The translations under genes and the position numbers were made by a program. A DNA stretch of 64,000 nucleotides, from the IMG/VR virus record IMGVR_UViG_3300025913_000034, positions 863 through 64,862 of that record, one strand, 5' to 3'. The notes under the pieces are model-generated. The model ran no database searches. It saw only the letters and a list, made by a program, of their open reading frames with translations, and had not been told where the DNA came from. Source of the stretch: a virus (taxonomy: Duplodnaviria > Caudoviricetes). Of this stretch, positions 39,978 to 50,379 are shown one piece after another; the stretch's first letter is position 1, and every line of letters starts with the position of its first letter.

Positions 39978-41036
39978 TCAGGAGCCGGAGTTGTCCTCGA
40001 GGATCGACACCGCGTTCTCGTGGCCCAGGGCGAAGCCGCGCCGCGCGCGCATCTTCAGGATCGATTCGTCGGTCAGCGCCGACAGGCCGTTGCGGCCGTC
40101 GATGAACACGCTCTCCGGGCCCGAGCGGATGCCGAGCAGCAGGAAGGACGGGACCGTCAGCATCGCCAGCGGGTTGCCGGTCGGCTTGGCCGTCGGGGCC
40201 GCGGACGTCTTCGCGCCCAGGGACCACTTCACCGGGTAGCCCATGATGTAGTCGGGCACGTTCTGTGCGCCGCCGGCGGTGCCGTTGCTGGACTCGTTGA
40301 AGATCGGACGGTTGTTGCCGTCCTTGATCCCGCGCAGCTTCTTCTTGAAGTTCGGGTGGCAGATCCACAGGGCCTGCTCTTCGTCCCAGTAGTCGCCGGA
40401 CTCGACGATCGACGCGACCGAGGACAGCAAGTCGTAGGTGGTGCCGCCGGTGCCGGTCTTGGTCAGGTTGGTGTTGGCGGTGTAGCCGGTGTTCGAGTCG
40501 GACTGGGTGAGCTGGTAGTACACCGAGTCGAACGCGCAGCCGCTGGTACCCTTCGCCGCCGTCACGGCCAGACAGGCATTGTCCAGGCCCTTGGCGTAGG
40601 CGGTGCCCCAGTCGGTCATCTTGGTGTTGATGATGTCGGCCAGGGAGTCGTCGATGTCCTCCTCGGCGATCCGGACGGCCTTGCCGAACTTCTGGACGCG
40701 CAGCACCACGTCGTCGTTGGTGTTGGTGTCCTCGCCGTAGGTGCCGCCCTTGGCGATGATGTCGACGTCGACGCCGCCGGAGCGCGGGGTGGAGCGGGTC
40801 TGCGACTTCATCGGGACCCGCTGGGCGTAGGCCTCGATGGCGGAGGTCTGCCGGACCTTCTGGATGACGTCGGAGCCGAATTCCTCGGGGATCCACGCGT
40901 CGAAGTTGTCGCGGGCGCCACCACCGGCGGAGCGGATCGGGGTGCCGTTGCGGCGCCAGCCGATGATGTCGCCGGGGTCCACGTCCTGGACGCGCGGGTC
41001 GAACAGTTCGAGGTCGGGGTGAATCAGGGAGGCCAC
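39978..41036 (-). CDS. Major capsid protein (HK97 fold)
   Basis: WIPEEF...QRVPM...KLRGIKDGNNRPIF...IMGYPV; follows the scaffold gene. Confidence 0.92.
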   Translation of the reverse strand: MASLIHPDLELFDPRVQDVDPGDIIGWRRNGTPIRSAGGGARDNFDAWIPEEFGSDVIQKVRQTSAIEAYAQRVPMKSQTRSTPRSGGVDVDIIAKGGTYGEDTNTNDDVVLRVQKFGKAVRIAEEDIDDSLADIINTKMTDWGTAYAKGLDNACLAVTAAKGTSGCAFDSVYYQLTQSDSNTGYTANTNLTKTGTGGTTYDLLSSVASIVESGDYWDEEQALWICHPNFKKKLRGIKDGNNRPIFNESSNGTAGGAQNVPDYIMGYPVKWSLGAKTSAAPTAKPTGNPLAMLTVPSFLLLGIRSGPESVFIDGRNGLSALTDESILKMRARRGFALGHENAVSILEDNSGS

Positions 41037-41203
41037 GTCGGTGCCCTTTTCGTGTGATGGGGTTCGGGTCTGGCCTGCGCCCCATCACGGGCACGCCGGT
41101 CGTGTTCGGATGACCGATCACCGGTTTCGTGCTGGCCGCGCACCATGTGCTGCGGCCTCATCAGGCAAGGTAGGGGCCCCGTCAACAGGGCCCCGACCGT
41201 TTT

Positions 41204-41986
41204 TCAGCTGGCGCGGCTACGGCTGCCGAGGATCTGTTCGGCGTAGCGCTCGCCGGTGGTCTTCGGAGCGGGCCGGGCGTTGTTCTTGCCGGCGGCGTCC
41301 AGCCGCGGGGCGCGGACCTTCGTGACCGGGGCCGGTTCGTCCTTCTTGAACAGCTCCGGGAACGCGTCCTTGATGCCGTCGATCTGGTCGTCGAGGCCGG
41401 AGACTTCGCCGTCCTCGTCGATGTCGATGTCGTCGAGGTCGAGGGTCCGCAGCAGCTTCTTGATTTTGGCGTCGCTGGTGTCGGTGAGCCCTGCGGCCAG
41501 CAGCGCGGCCTTGGCGGCGGAGTTGACGACGACCGGCTTCAGCTTCTTCTCCGCGGCCGCCGCCGCCTCCTCGCGGGCTGCTTCGAGCGCGGCTTCGGCC
41601 TCATCCGACGACGGCTTCTTCGTGGCCGTCTTCAGTTGCGTGGTGAGCTCGCGGGCCTGGGCGCGGGCGGCCTTGGATGCGGCCCGCTCCTTGTTCAGCG
41701 CCTCGGTCAGCTTGTCGATGTCCGACTGCTTGTAGGCCTTCTCGGCGGTCTTGGCCGCCGTAGGCTTCGGCTTCTCCTCTTCGGCGTCGTCGCTCTCCTC
41801 GGCGTCGTCGGTCTCGTCGTCGTCGGCCGCGCCGCCGGCGCCGCTGCCGCCTTCCAGGTCGATGCCGGTGTCGTCGTCGTCATCGTCTTCGGCGCCGCCG
41901 GCCTGGACGCGAACGGGCTTGGTGCCGTTGCGCACCCAGCCGATGATGGTGCCCGGTTCCGGGCGGTCGCTCGTCACGAGCGTCAT
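41204..41986 (-). CDS. Capsid scaffolding protein
   Basis: Acidic N-terminus, ALNKER coiled coil, IKDAFPELF; upstream of the capsid gene; GGAGG RBS. Confidence 0.85.
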   Translation of the reverse strand: MTLVTSDRPEPGTIIGWVRNGTKPVRVQAGGAEDDDDDDTGIDLEGGSGAGGAADDDETDDAEESDDAEEEKPKPTAAKTAEKAYKQSDIDKLTEALNKERAASKAARAQARELTTQLKTATKKPSSDEAEAALEAAREEAAAAAEKKLKPVVVNSAAKAALLAAGLTDTSDAKIKKLLRTLDLDDIDIDEDGEVSGLDDQIDGIKDAFPELFKKDEPAPVTKVRAPRLDAAGKNNARPAPKTTGERYAEQILGSRSRAS

Positions 41987-42056
41987 GCATGCCTCCATGA
42001 GGGTCGGCGCCTACAGCATCCCGATGAGCTGGAGATCACCCGTGCTGGCACCGTAG

Positions 42057-43121
42057 TCAGCGTGTCGACGGGGTCCGCCGAGACGGCGCGGCTGGGACAG
42101 CGCGGGTGGTGAACCGGCCGCGCCGTACCGCGGCGCGGGCGTAGGCCTGCACGGTCGCGGGTGCGTTGACGCCGCGGTTCAGGAGCCGCTGTGCCGCGCG
42201 GACACGTTCGGGCCCGGATTCGCTCGGCAACGACCAGCCCTTCAGGACGGAGCGCTGGGCTTCGCGGCGCAGTGCCGCCGGAAGGTCGACGGCGCCTGCT
42301 ACCGATCCTCTCCACACCGCGGTGCGGCATCGGCAGTGCGGGTGGATGGGCGGGGAATAGATGGGTCCGGGTGGCCAGATCCGCGGCTTGGCGGTGAACG
42401 CTGCGGCGTGTGCGGCGTCGAACGACTGGCCCGGATCGGCCACGCGCCCGGACAGTCCCAGGCATGTGAGACAGGCGTCCGGCTCGGCGATGAGCAGCCG
42501 CTGCGCGTCCAGGGCGTCGGCGACCGCGGCGATGCCGGTGTTGGCGGCACCGTTGACGGCCTGGACGGTGGCGGCTTGGGCGTCGTTCGCGGCACGGTGC
42601 GCCTTGGCAAGCGCGGCGGCAACATCCGAGAACGCCGGGCCCGCAGTGTTCAGTGCGCCGTCGGCATCGGCGATGCGCTCGGCGACGGCCGCGGGCAGCC
42701 CGGCGATCGCGCGCAGGGTGGTGTCGTCCAGGCCTGCATCGACGCCCGCGGTATTGGTGCCCGTTTCGCGACCAGCTTGGGTGATGCCGAGATCCAAGGC
42801 GCGGTTCGCGTAGCTGCGCAGTACGTCGCTTCTGCCGGCGGGAACGTCCGCGAGCTCACGGCGGATCGCGGCGATGACCTGCCCCTGCCGGATCGGGTCG
42901 GCGGCGGCGTCCAACGATCCGAACGCGGTGATCCAGGCGGTGGCGGCACGGCGCTGGATCCGGATCAGCCGGGCACGCAGCGGCAGGGCAACTGCGCGGG
43001 CGGCCAGCTGCTCCAGCGCGTACAGCTCGGCGGCGTGCAGCGCGATCTGCGCCGCCGTCGGCTGCTGCGGCTGCGCGGCGGCCGCGGTGCTACTCGGCGG
43101 CGGGGGTGGCGGGGACGGCAC
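42057..43121 (-). CDS. MuF-like minor head protein
   Basis: DACLTC...PPIHPHCRC. Confidence 0.8.
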   Translation of the reverse strand: MPSPPPPPPSSTAAAAQPQQPTAAQIALHAAELYALEQLAARAVALPLRARLIRIQRRAATAWITAFGSLDAAADPIRQGQVIAAIRRELADVPAGRSDVLRSYANRALDLGITQAGRETGTNTAGVDAGLDDTTLRAIAGLPAAVAERIADADGALNTAGPAFSDVAAALAKAHRAANDAQAATVQAVNGAANTGIAAVADALDAQRLLIAEPDACLTCLGLSGRVADPGQSFDAAHAAAFTAKPRIWPPGPIYSPPIHPHCRCRTAVWRGSVAGAVDLPAALRREAQRSVLKGWSLPSESGPERVRAAQRLLNRGVNAPATVQAYARAAVRRGRFTTRAVPAAPSRRTPSTR

Positions 43122-44850
43122 CGGCGGCGCCCTGCTTCGGTGGCGCGGGCGGCGCCGGGAACACGATCAGCGGCTTGTCGTCGTCGACGCCCGGCACCGG
43201 CAGCTCCGGGGCTGTCGGCTCTTCCTCCGGTTCGTCGATGCGGGCCGCGTTCACGGCCTCGCCGACGACTTGGGAGATCAGCACCTGGACCTGTTCCTCT
43301 TGCAGGATCCCGAACCCGAGTGCGGCACCCAACGCCTGCAGCGCCTGGCCGATCTTCAGGAGCATGTCGACCTGGACGGGCAGGTCGTCGTCTCCGTCGC
43401 CGAACCACTCCTCGATCTGCTCGGAGGTGTAGCCGGCCTCCAGGAACGCCTGCCGGACGGGCAGGCCGGCCTGCAACTTCACCATGAGGGTCTGCCAGCC
43501 GTTCTCGTCGTCGACGGTGGCCGGGGACTTCCAGTGGATGTCGACGTCGGCGTCGTCGATGCCGAGGATCAGCAGCGCGAACTCGAACAGCTCAGACCAG
43601 GTGTCGCCGTAGTACTGCTGACGGTCCTTGATCTTCTTGGTGAACGGGGCTTCCATCGCGCGCAGCGCCTCACCGGAGATGGGGGCGCCGGTCGGGTCCA
43701 GCCGGGTCAGCGGCGTGTCGGTGATCAGGCCGCCGAACCGCAGGTACAGGGTGAGGGGGTCGGTGAACACGGTGGGCTGTGCCTGGTCGAACTGGCCGAC
43801 TCCCTTGACGCCTTGGAGCCACCAGACGCTGCCGGCGTCGGCGGACAGCTGCGACTGGGGGTCGCCGGGGCGGGAGGTGGCGCCGGTGTCGAGGGCGAAC
43901 TGGAATTCGTCCTCGTCGCCGGCGGCGAGTTCGGAGGAGTCGGTGTCGCCGTCGGACAGGGCATAACGCTGGGGGAAGGCGTTGTAGTCGACGCCTGCCA
44001 TGTGCGACAGGATCAGTTTGCGGATGGCGTCTTGGACGCCGTAGAAGCCTTCGTGTTCCGGGGTTCCGTAGGGGTCGTCGTTGCGGAAGTGGAAGACGGG
44101 GATGACGCCGAACGGGTTGGTGCGCGGCCAGCCGGGGCCTTCGTCGACGTCGGCCGGGTCTGTGGTGCCGCCGATGTCGCTGTCAAAGAACGGGATCATG
44201 TCTTCGGCTTTGGGCCGGGTGATGCCGGGCTTGGACCAGTACTTCTCGATCCGGTCCGGGTAGTACAGGTCGACGCGGACCCGCTTCTGCGCGGTGAGAA
44301 CCCACTGCTTGACCGCGAAGGCCTTGCGCATGGGGTTCTCGGGGTCGTAGAAGACGCGGCAGGACCGCGGGGAGTTGTAGAAGATGTCGACGTTGCGGAT
44401 GCCGTCGGCGTCGGGGTCGTCTTCGGGCGAGGGCCACACGATCACGTAGGCGTCGCCGTACTTGCCCGCGTTCCGCATGATCGTCTTGGATTGGCGGCTC
44501 AGCTTGTTGTCGCGCCACAGGTCGTCGATCAGCGTCTGTGCGCCGGCGGTCGCCGACGTCACCGCGGCGATCTCCAGCCGTTCGGTGACGGCCTCGACCG
44601 GCTTTTTCGCGAAGTTCATGCGGAAGGCCTGGCCGGTGCGGGCCATGGCGCGGCGCAGCCGGATCGAGGCGTTGGCCTCGGCACGGGTGCCCTTGTAGTA
44701 CTGCTCGGCGGTCTCGTAGGGGCCGTCGGATTCGGCGAGTTCGGCCAGCGCCAGTTCCAGGTCCGACGACGGTTGCGTGCCGCCGTAGTCGGGCATGGCG
44801 CCGGCGCCCGGGATGACGTCCGAGACGGATCCGTCGGTGATCGACAGCAA
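43090..44850 (-). CDS. Portal protein (SPP1 gp6-like)
   Basis: YYKG, NFAKKPVEAVTERL, YGDAYVIVW, NPFGVIPVFHFRN, ISGEALR; GGAGG before TTG. Confidence 0.92.
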   Translation of the reverse strand: MLSITDGSVSDVIPGAGAMPDYGGTQPSSDLELALAELAESDGPYETAEQYYKGTRAEANASIRLRRAMARTGQAFRMNFAKKPVEAVTERLEIAAVTSATAGAQTLIDDLWRDNKLSRQSKTIMRNAGKYGDAYVIVWPSPEDDPDADGIRNVDIFYNSPRSCRVFYDPENPMRKAFAVKQWVLTAQKRVRVDLYYPDRIEKYWSKPGITRPKAEDMIPFFDSDIGGTTDPADVDEGPGWPRTNPFGVIPVFHFRNDDPYGTPEHEGFYGVQDAIRKLILSHMAGVDYNAFPQRYALSDGDTDSSELAAGDEDEFQFALDTGATSRPGDPQSQLSADAGSVWWLQGVKGVGQFDQAQPTVFTDPLTLYLRFGGLITDTPLTRLDPTGAPISGEALRAMEAPFTKKIKDRQQYYGDTWSELFEFALLILGIDDADVDIHWKSPATVDDENGWQTLMVKLQAGLPVRQAFLEAGYTSEQIEEWFGDGDDDLPVQVDMLLKIGQALQALGAALGFGILQEEQVQVLISQVVGEAVNAARIDEPEEEPTAPELPVPGVDDDKPLIVFPAPPAPPKQGAAGAVPATPAAE

Positions 44851-44905
44851 CGGGCCTTCCTCCCTGCAGGGTCAGGCCCAAGGTAGGAACGGCGTCTACA
44901 GGGGA

Positions 44906-46489
44906 TCAGTCGTCATCGTCGTCGTCGGAGTACTGCGGCTGCTTGCTGGCGGCCTTGGTTCGGCGCCGCACGGGCGGGATGAACACGTCCACGCCGGTTC
45001 CGATCGCGTCGACGAGGTCGTCGTGGGCGCCCTTGGGGAACGCGACCATCTGCTCCTCGGCGGCCAGCAGCTCCTGCTCGTGCACCACCTGCGGCAGCTT
45101 CGCAACGTCCTCGATCTCGGCGACGACTTTCCCGCCGGCGATGAGCGCGCGCGGCCTGGTCTGGTATCGCTCCAGTAGCCGGGCCGCGCGGACTTCCTTC
45201 GGCTCGGACTGGTGCTTGGTCTTCACCGGCACCGGCATGCCCTTGAGCACCATGTTCTTCCACAGCGCCGCGCCCTGGTTGGTTTCGACAACGATGCCGC
45301 GGATCTCCGGGTACTCCTCCAGGACCGCGAGCACCCAGGCGCGAAGCGGGTCGCCGGGCTGGACGCGCCGGGCCCACGCGGCCCGCACGACGCAGCGGCG
45401 GTGCGGCTTGGAGTAGGCGACCACGGCCATGGCGGTGAAGTCGGAGCTGCTCTTGTCGGTGACCGCGGGGTCAATCGACAGCAGCGCGTGGGTGAGCGCC
45501 GGCACGGTGGCGTGGGTGACGTCGCCCTCGGTCCAGTAGACGCCGTCGCGGCCCAGCGGGTCGTTGTCGTAGTTGAGTTTGTAGGAGCGGGTGTGGCGGA
45601 TCTCTTTCAGGAACGCCAGCGGCCACTTCGCCGGCCACAGGGAGCGTTCCTCGCCGGTGACGTCGTCTCTGAGGATCGCCTTGTAGTGGTGGACGCGGAT
45701 CTTCTCGTCGACGACCCACTTCGCGGGTTCCTCGCGGGGCCGGGTCTTGGTCTTCACGAGGTCGTGAATGATCGAGCCGGGCATGGTGACGGTGCCGGCG
45801 ATGACCACCCTCGCCCTGATGTTCAGCGGCAGGATCGCGTTCTGGACCGTGGCCAGCCGCTTAGCCTTCTGGTGGTCGCTGTAGTTCGACTCGTCCGGCT
45901 CGATGTCGTCCAGGATCAGCAAGTCCGGGCGGCGGTGGCCGACCTTCATACCGAGGGTCTTGGCGTCGACGCCCTTCGCGCCGAACACGAACCCCGACTT
46001 GGTGATCAGCAGGCTGCGGTTGTCGGCTTCGGTCGAGCCGGATGGGCGCCGGCGGGCCGTGCACAGGTCGGGGAAGTCGCCGCGCAGCAGCTCGTTCGTG
46101 TCGAGTTCGTGCTTGAAGCTGAGCAGGTGCATCTCGGCCTGGGTGCCGGAGTCGGCGAACGCCGCGATGAACTTCTTGTGCCCGAACGCCGCAGCCCAGA
46201 TCGGCAGCACCAGAAACAGCCACGTGGACTTGCCGGCGTCGCGGGGACAGACGTAAGCGTCGCGATCGGACTGCGGTTCGGTGGTGGGCAGCGCCCACTC
46301 TTTCGCGGCGTCGGCGAGTTCTAGGTGGAACTCCGACAGGGTGATCTGGTCGGAGGTCTCCGGTCCGCGCAGGTGATGCGGCAGGTAGGTGAGCGCGAAC
46401 AGCAGCGGGGAGAACTTGCACACCAGCTTGCGGGACTCGGCGTTCAGGAGCATCTCCGGCCGGAACGCCGGAGCGGTCGGGCCGGTCAC
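44906..46489 (-). CDS. terL: Terminase large subunit
   Basis: PRDAGKST Walker A, LLILDD Walker B, IDPA nuclease motif, HDDLVDA. Confidence 0.95.
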   Translation of the reverse strand: MTGPTAPAFRPEMLLNAESRKLVCKFSPLLFALTYLPHHLRGPETSDQITLSEFHLELADAAKEWALPTTEPQSDRDAYVCPRDAGKSTWLFLVLPIWAAAFGHKKFIAAFADSGTQAEMHLLSFKHELDTNELLRGDFPDLCTARRRPSGSTEADNRSLLITKSGFVFGAKGVDAKTLGMKVGHRRPDLLILDDIEPDESNYSDHQKAKRLATVQNAILPLNIRARVVIAGTVTMPGSIIHDLVKTKTRPREEPAKWVVDEKIRVHHYKAILRDDVTGEERSLWPAKWPLAFLKEIRHTRSYKLNYDNDPLGRDGVYWTEGDVTHATVPALTHALLSIDPAVTDKSSSDFTAMAVVAYSKPHRRCVVRAAWARRVQPGDPLRAWVLAVLEEYPEIRGIVVETNQGAALWKNMVLKGMPVPVKTKHQSEPKEVRAARLLERYQTRPRALIAGGKVVAEIEDVAKLPQVVHEQELLAAEEQMVAFPKGAHDDLVDAIGTGVDVFIPPVRRRTKAASKQPQYSDDDDDD

Positions 46490-46962
46490 ACGCCGGTCTG
46501 CTCGCGCCGCGCCTTGATCGCGGCTTCCTGCGCTTCCGCCGCCGCCTTCGCCTCGGCGATCATCGCTGCGGTGGCGGGGTCCACCTGGGCGCCCTCGCTG
46601 ACGGTGGCGTCGACCTTCGTCGGCGCGTCAGTGCCCTGTACCTTGGCCAGCCGTTCGGCCCAGCCGCGGATCTGGCCCCAGGCCTCGACGGCGGTCCGCG
46701 GCTGCTTGTGGTCGCGGGCGATGAGCAGCAGGTCGTCGATGGCGGCGTGCGCGAGCTCGGTGGCCTCGGCGCGGTGTAGCTCGACCTGCTTGGCCGGGAT
46801 GGATTCGAGCGCGTCGAGGTAGATCTCGTGGGCGCGCTGCAGGGACACTCCGAGTTCGGCGCCGATCTCGGCGTAGGTGACGTTCTGCCGGCGCAGCTCG
46901 ACGACGCGGGCTCGCCGCTCGGCGGTCTTCTCCCTGGCTTCCGGTGATCGCGTCGTTGCCAT
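46486..46962 (-). CDS. terS: Terminase small subunit
   Basis: HTH ELRRQNVTYAEIGAELGVS; GTDAPTKVD; directly upstream of terL. Confidence 0.8.
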   Translation of the reverse strand: MATTRSPEAREKTAERRARVVELRRQNVTYAEIGAELGVSLQRAHEIYLDALESIPAKQVELHRAEATELAHAAIDDLLLIARDHKQPRTAVEAWGQIRGWAERLAKVQGTDAPTKVDATVSEGAQVDPATAAMIAEAKAAAEAQEAAIKARREQTGV

Positions 46963-47160
46963 TCAAGGGTTCCTGTTCAGGAGTGCCACGGTCCCGATCT
47001 TGTGGCGTGGTTTTCAGTGTCGCGGGGGTTTCAACGGCTGTTGTCTCGGGCGCCGTCGGTTCCAACGGGACCGCCTGCTTCGTTGTCTGTTGGCGGCGTG
47101 CGCGGTGATGGTCTTGACCGGCTGCGGAGTCTGGGGGCGACCACCAGCTTCGGGAGCCTC

Positions 47161-48189
47161 ATGACGACAACGATTTTCGGGCCGGACATCTCGTCCTTCC
47201 AGCAGGGCCTGAGTTTGGCTCGGCTCGCGCAGGCCTCGTTCGTGATCGCGAAGACGACCGAGGGCACGTACTACACCGACGCGGACTATCAGGGCTGGCG
47301 TGCTCAGGCGGCGCTGCTTCGCAAGCCGTTCGTCTGGTATCACTTCCTGTCCGGGGAGCCGGCAGCGGCGCAGGCCGCGCACACCGCGGCGAACGTCGGC
47401 GACCTGGACCTGCCGGGGATGCTCGACTTCGAGCCGGAGGGTTCCTTTCATCCGACGCTGGCCCAGGCGATCGCCTACGTGGATGCGGCGCTGGCGGAGG
47501 GGCTGAATCTGCGGCTGGTGTATCTGCCGCACTGGTATTGGCAGCAGCTGGGGTCGCCGAGCCTGCAGGCGTTCCGGGACCGGAAGCTGCAGCTGGTGTC
47601 GTCGGCGTATCCGGGCGGTACCGGGGCGCCGTCGGCGATCTACCCGGGGGACGGTGCGGCGGGGTGGGCCGGCTACGGCGGGATGTATCCGCTGCTCTAC
47701 CAGTTCACGAACCAGGCGTCTGACGGCGGTAAGCCGCTGGACTACAACGCGTTCCGCGGTACTACTGCGCAGCTGCTCGCTGCTTTGGCACGGCCGTCGA
47801 CGACGCCCGCGCCGACTCCTGCACCATCATTCAGTTCGGATCCGGAGGACGATCTCATGCCCGCTTTCGCCACAGGACAGATCAACGCCGGCGCGGACGC
47901 CGTGACGGTGGTGGGTACGCCGGCGCCGAACACCAGCACGGCCGGCTGGGGGCGCGTCTGGCTTTCGTTGGCCTCGGACTTCGGGGACGCGCACGTGCGG
48001 GTGGCTGTGTGGACGCACGGCGAGGGCTGGTCGCACATCTTCGAGGACGTGCTGGTGGCGCAGTACGGCGACCGGGCGAACCCGCTGAACGGGCCGTTGC
48101 CGGACGGCGCCCAGAAGATCAGCATCAAGCGGTTGCCGGGCAGCGAGAACCTGCCGATGGCGTACCTGCTCGAGGCGATGCACAAGTGA
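47161..48189 (+). CDS. Endolysin, GH25 muramidase
   Basis: DISSFQ, AKTTEG, WYHFL, LDFE (DxE), YQFT, LDYNAF. Confidence 0.9.
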   Translation: MTTTIFGPDISSFQQGLSLARLAQASFVIAKTTEGTYYTDADYQGWRAQAALLRKPFVWYHFLSGEPAAAQAAHTAANVGDLDLPGMLDFEPEGSFHPTLAQAIAYVDAALAEGLNLRLVYLPHWYWQQLGSPSLQAFRDRKLQLVSSAYPGGTGAPSAIYPGDGAAGWAGYGGMYPLLYQFTNQASDGGKPLDYNAFRGTTAQLLAALARPSTTPAPTPAPSFSSDPEDDLMPAFATGQINAGADAVTVVGTPAPNTSTAGWGRVWLSLASDFGDAHVRVAVWTHGEGWSHIFEDVLVAQYGDRANPLNGPLPDGAQKISIKRLPGSENLPMAYLLEAMHK

Positions 48190-48515
48190 GCGCCTGGTCG
48201 AAGTATGTCGCCGAGATGGAGCGGGAGTTCGGCTCGGTCTGGCGCCGCTATCACGTGGCCGCGCAGCTGGGCCGGCTCGCGTCCGGTGTGGTGGGCAGCG
48301 TGCTGTGGACGGTGCTGCACGGCAGTGTCCACGACTGGACGGGGCTGGTGCCGGTGGTTTCGGGGGCGCTGTGGGCGACGCTGGCGCAGGTGTTCCCTCA
48401 GGTGCCGTGGCTGCTGGTGCGCAGCCGTTTCGGTTCGGGGCCGGACAAGGCGCCGGGCGGCGCGGGCACTCCCGGGGCCGGGCCGGCTGAGCCGCCGCCT
48501 GTGGTGACGGGCTGA
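48186..48515 (+). CDS. Putative holin
   Basis: Two hydrophobic helices, coupled to the endolysin. Confidence 0.55.
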   Translation: MSAWSKYVAEMEREFGSVWRRYHVAAQLGRLASGVVGSVLWTVLHGSVHDWTGLVPVVSGALWATLAQVFPQVPWLLVRSRFGSGPDKAPGGAGTPGAGPAEPPPVVTG

Positions 48516-48527
48516 ACGAGATCACGT

Positions 48528-48965
48528 GTGCGCCCAGCGCGCGGAATGGGGTGCACTGTGGCTGAGGAGCCGATGAGTGCTGGCGAGATCCGGAGCCGTT
48601 TCGAGAGCGTGGCGCAGCGATTCGGTGACGTCGATAAGCGGCTGGACCGGATGGCGCCTCTGGATTTGGTGGCCAGCGAGAACGGTCACCTTCGCGATCA
48701 GATCGCTGATGCCCGGTTGCACGCCAAGGAGCAGATCGTCGAGGTGGATCGGGCTTCTCGTGAGCGTGATGAGGATCTGGAGAAGACCGCGATGGCGGCT
48801 GTGAAGAGCGTGGCGGATGCGGGGGCCGCGGCGCGGACCGAGTTGACCGCGGCGGTGGCTGAGGTGAAGCGGGACAAGCAGACGACGTGGGGTTGGGTTC
48901 TGCAGGTCATCGGTTTCGCTGTTGCGATCGCTGCGGCTGTGATTGCCGCGAGGGGAATCCACTGA
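48528..48965 (+). CDS. Coiled-coil protein with C-terminal TM helix (lysis accessory)
   Basis: WVLQVIGFAVAIAAAVIAA C-terminus; start uncertain. Confidence 0.6.
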   Translation: MRPARGMGCTVAEEPMSAGEIRSRFESVAQRFGDVDKRLDRMAPLDLVASENGHLRDQIADARLHAKEQIVEVDRASRERDEDLEKTAMAAVKSVADAGAAARTELTAAVAEVKRDKQTTWGWVLQVIGFAVAIAAAVIAARGIH

Positions 48966-48966
48966 C

Positions 48967-49722
48967 ATGTCCGTTGCGAAGCTGAAGGCCTCTGCGGCGT
49001 TGTGGTGGGGGCGGGCGCGGGCGCACTGGGGCCGCGGGCTGGTGGCTGTGCTGTTCGTGGCGTTTGCGGTGTTCACGGTCAGCAAGCTGTATGCGGCGTC
49101 GGGGCAGCTCGACAGGCAGTCGAACATCATTTCTGGGTTGTCCACGGGCTTGTCGGGGGCCCAGTCGCAGCTGAAGGCAAACGGCATCCAGCCTTCTCAG
49201 CCGGCGCCGGCGCAGATCATCGCTCAGGCCGGCCCTCCTGGTCCGGCTGGCCCGTCAGGTCCTGGGCCGTCGGATGCGCAGGTGCAGGCGGCGGTGCAGG
49301 CGTATCTGCAGCAGCACCCGATTGCGGGGCAGCCGCCGACAACTGATCAGGTGGCGGCGGTGGTCGCGGTGTATCTGGCGCAGCATCCGCCGGCGGCGGG
49401 TCCGGCCGGGCCGGGGCCGTCTGACAGTCAGATCCAGGCGGCTGTGGCGGTGTGGGAGACGGCGCATCCGACGGTGGGCCCGTCTGGCCCGTCGGGGCCG
49501 CCTGGTCCTTCCGGGTCTCCCGGGCCGTCCGGCGTCGGCGCGACCGGTCCGCAGGGCGAGCCGGGTAGTCCTGGCGCCCCGGGTCCGTCGGGGCCGGCCG
49601 GGGCGTCCGGTCCGGCGCCGTCGGGGTGGGTGTATGTGGAGACGCCGCCGATCGGGAATCCGAAGACACACACCTGCGTGCCCTCGACTGCGGGCCCGTC
49701 GCCGTACTACTCGTGTAGCTGA
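48967..49722 (+). CDS. Membrane-anchored collagen-like protein
   Basis: N-terminal TM helix; Gly-X-Y runs ([19 protein letters not shown]...); repeated [10 protein letters not shown] unit. Confidence 0.8.
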   Translation: MSVAKLKASAALWWGRARAHWGRGLVAVLFVAFAVFTVSKLYAASGQLDRQSNIISGLSTGLSGAQSQLKANGIQPSQPAPAQIIAQAGPPGPAGPSGPGPSDAQVQAAVQAYLQQHPIAGQPPTTDQVAAVVAVYLAQHPPAAGPAGPGPSDSQIQAAVAVWETAHPTVGPSGPSGPPGPSGSPGPSGVGATGPQGEPGSPGAPGPSGPAGASGPAPSGWVYVETPPIGNPKTHTCVPSTAGPSPYYSCS

Positions 49723-50330
49723 ACAGTCGAAAGCGGCTTCACCCTGCGGGGTGGCGCCGCTTCTGTCGTGTCCGGGCTTGCGCCCGCTGTACGAACGTTC
49801 GATGATCGCGGCGTGCCCCGCGATGCCCAGCTGATCCCGGCCCCGCCGCCGCGGTGGCCGAAGCAGGATCCGGCCGGCCGCGGCGCGATCTGGATCCGCA
49901 TTGCCGGCCGCTGGCTGCCTGGCCACGTCCAGCGCTGGTACCGGGTGCCGCCCGACGGCTGGGGCTGTTGGGTGACGTACCACGCCGACCCGGAGCACCC
50001 GACGATCGCGCCGGAGTGGGGCCACTTCCGCTACGACCCGGAGGCGATCCTGGACCGGAAGGCGTGGCCTCAGCCGCCAGCGGAGTCCTGAGCGGCCAAC
50101 TGCTCTCGCGCCTCCTTCGACGCCGCCGCGTCTAGCTTGAGCCGGTTCGGGCCGGGCCGTAGCGCCGGATGCCGGTTGATCGCGACCGCCAGCTCACTCA
50201 TCCGCTGGTGCATTGCATTCCAGGCGTCGCCGGCGAGAGTCGGGAGGTCGCGCTCGGCCGTGTAAAAGTCGAGCTTGAGCGCGATCAGGTCGGCGGGGAT
50301 CTCGGTGTCGGACACGCGCTGATCATGCCA

Positions 50331-50379
50331 GACACCCCGACGCCCGGCCGCATGGTAGGCGGCCGGGCGTCGGGGTGTC
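50331..50379. terminator. 20-bp-stem hairpin downstream of the conjugation-module operon
   Basis: GACACCCCGACGCCCGGCCG/CGGCCGGGCGTCGGGGTGTC. Confidence 0.65.

Noticed and set aside
49230-49625. GGNCCN tandem repeats as a DNA-level repeat element
   Set aside because: Fully explained by in-frame Gly-Pro-X collagen codons
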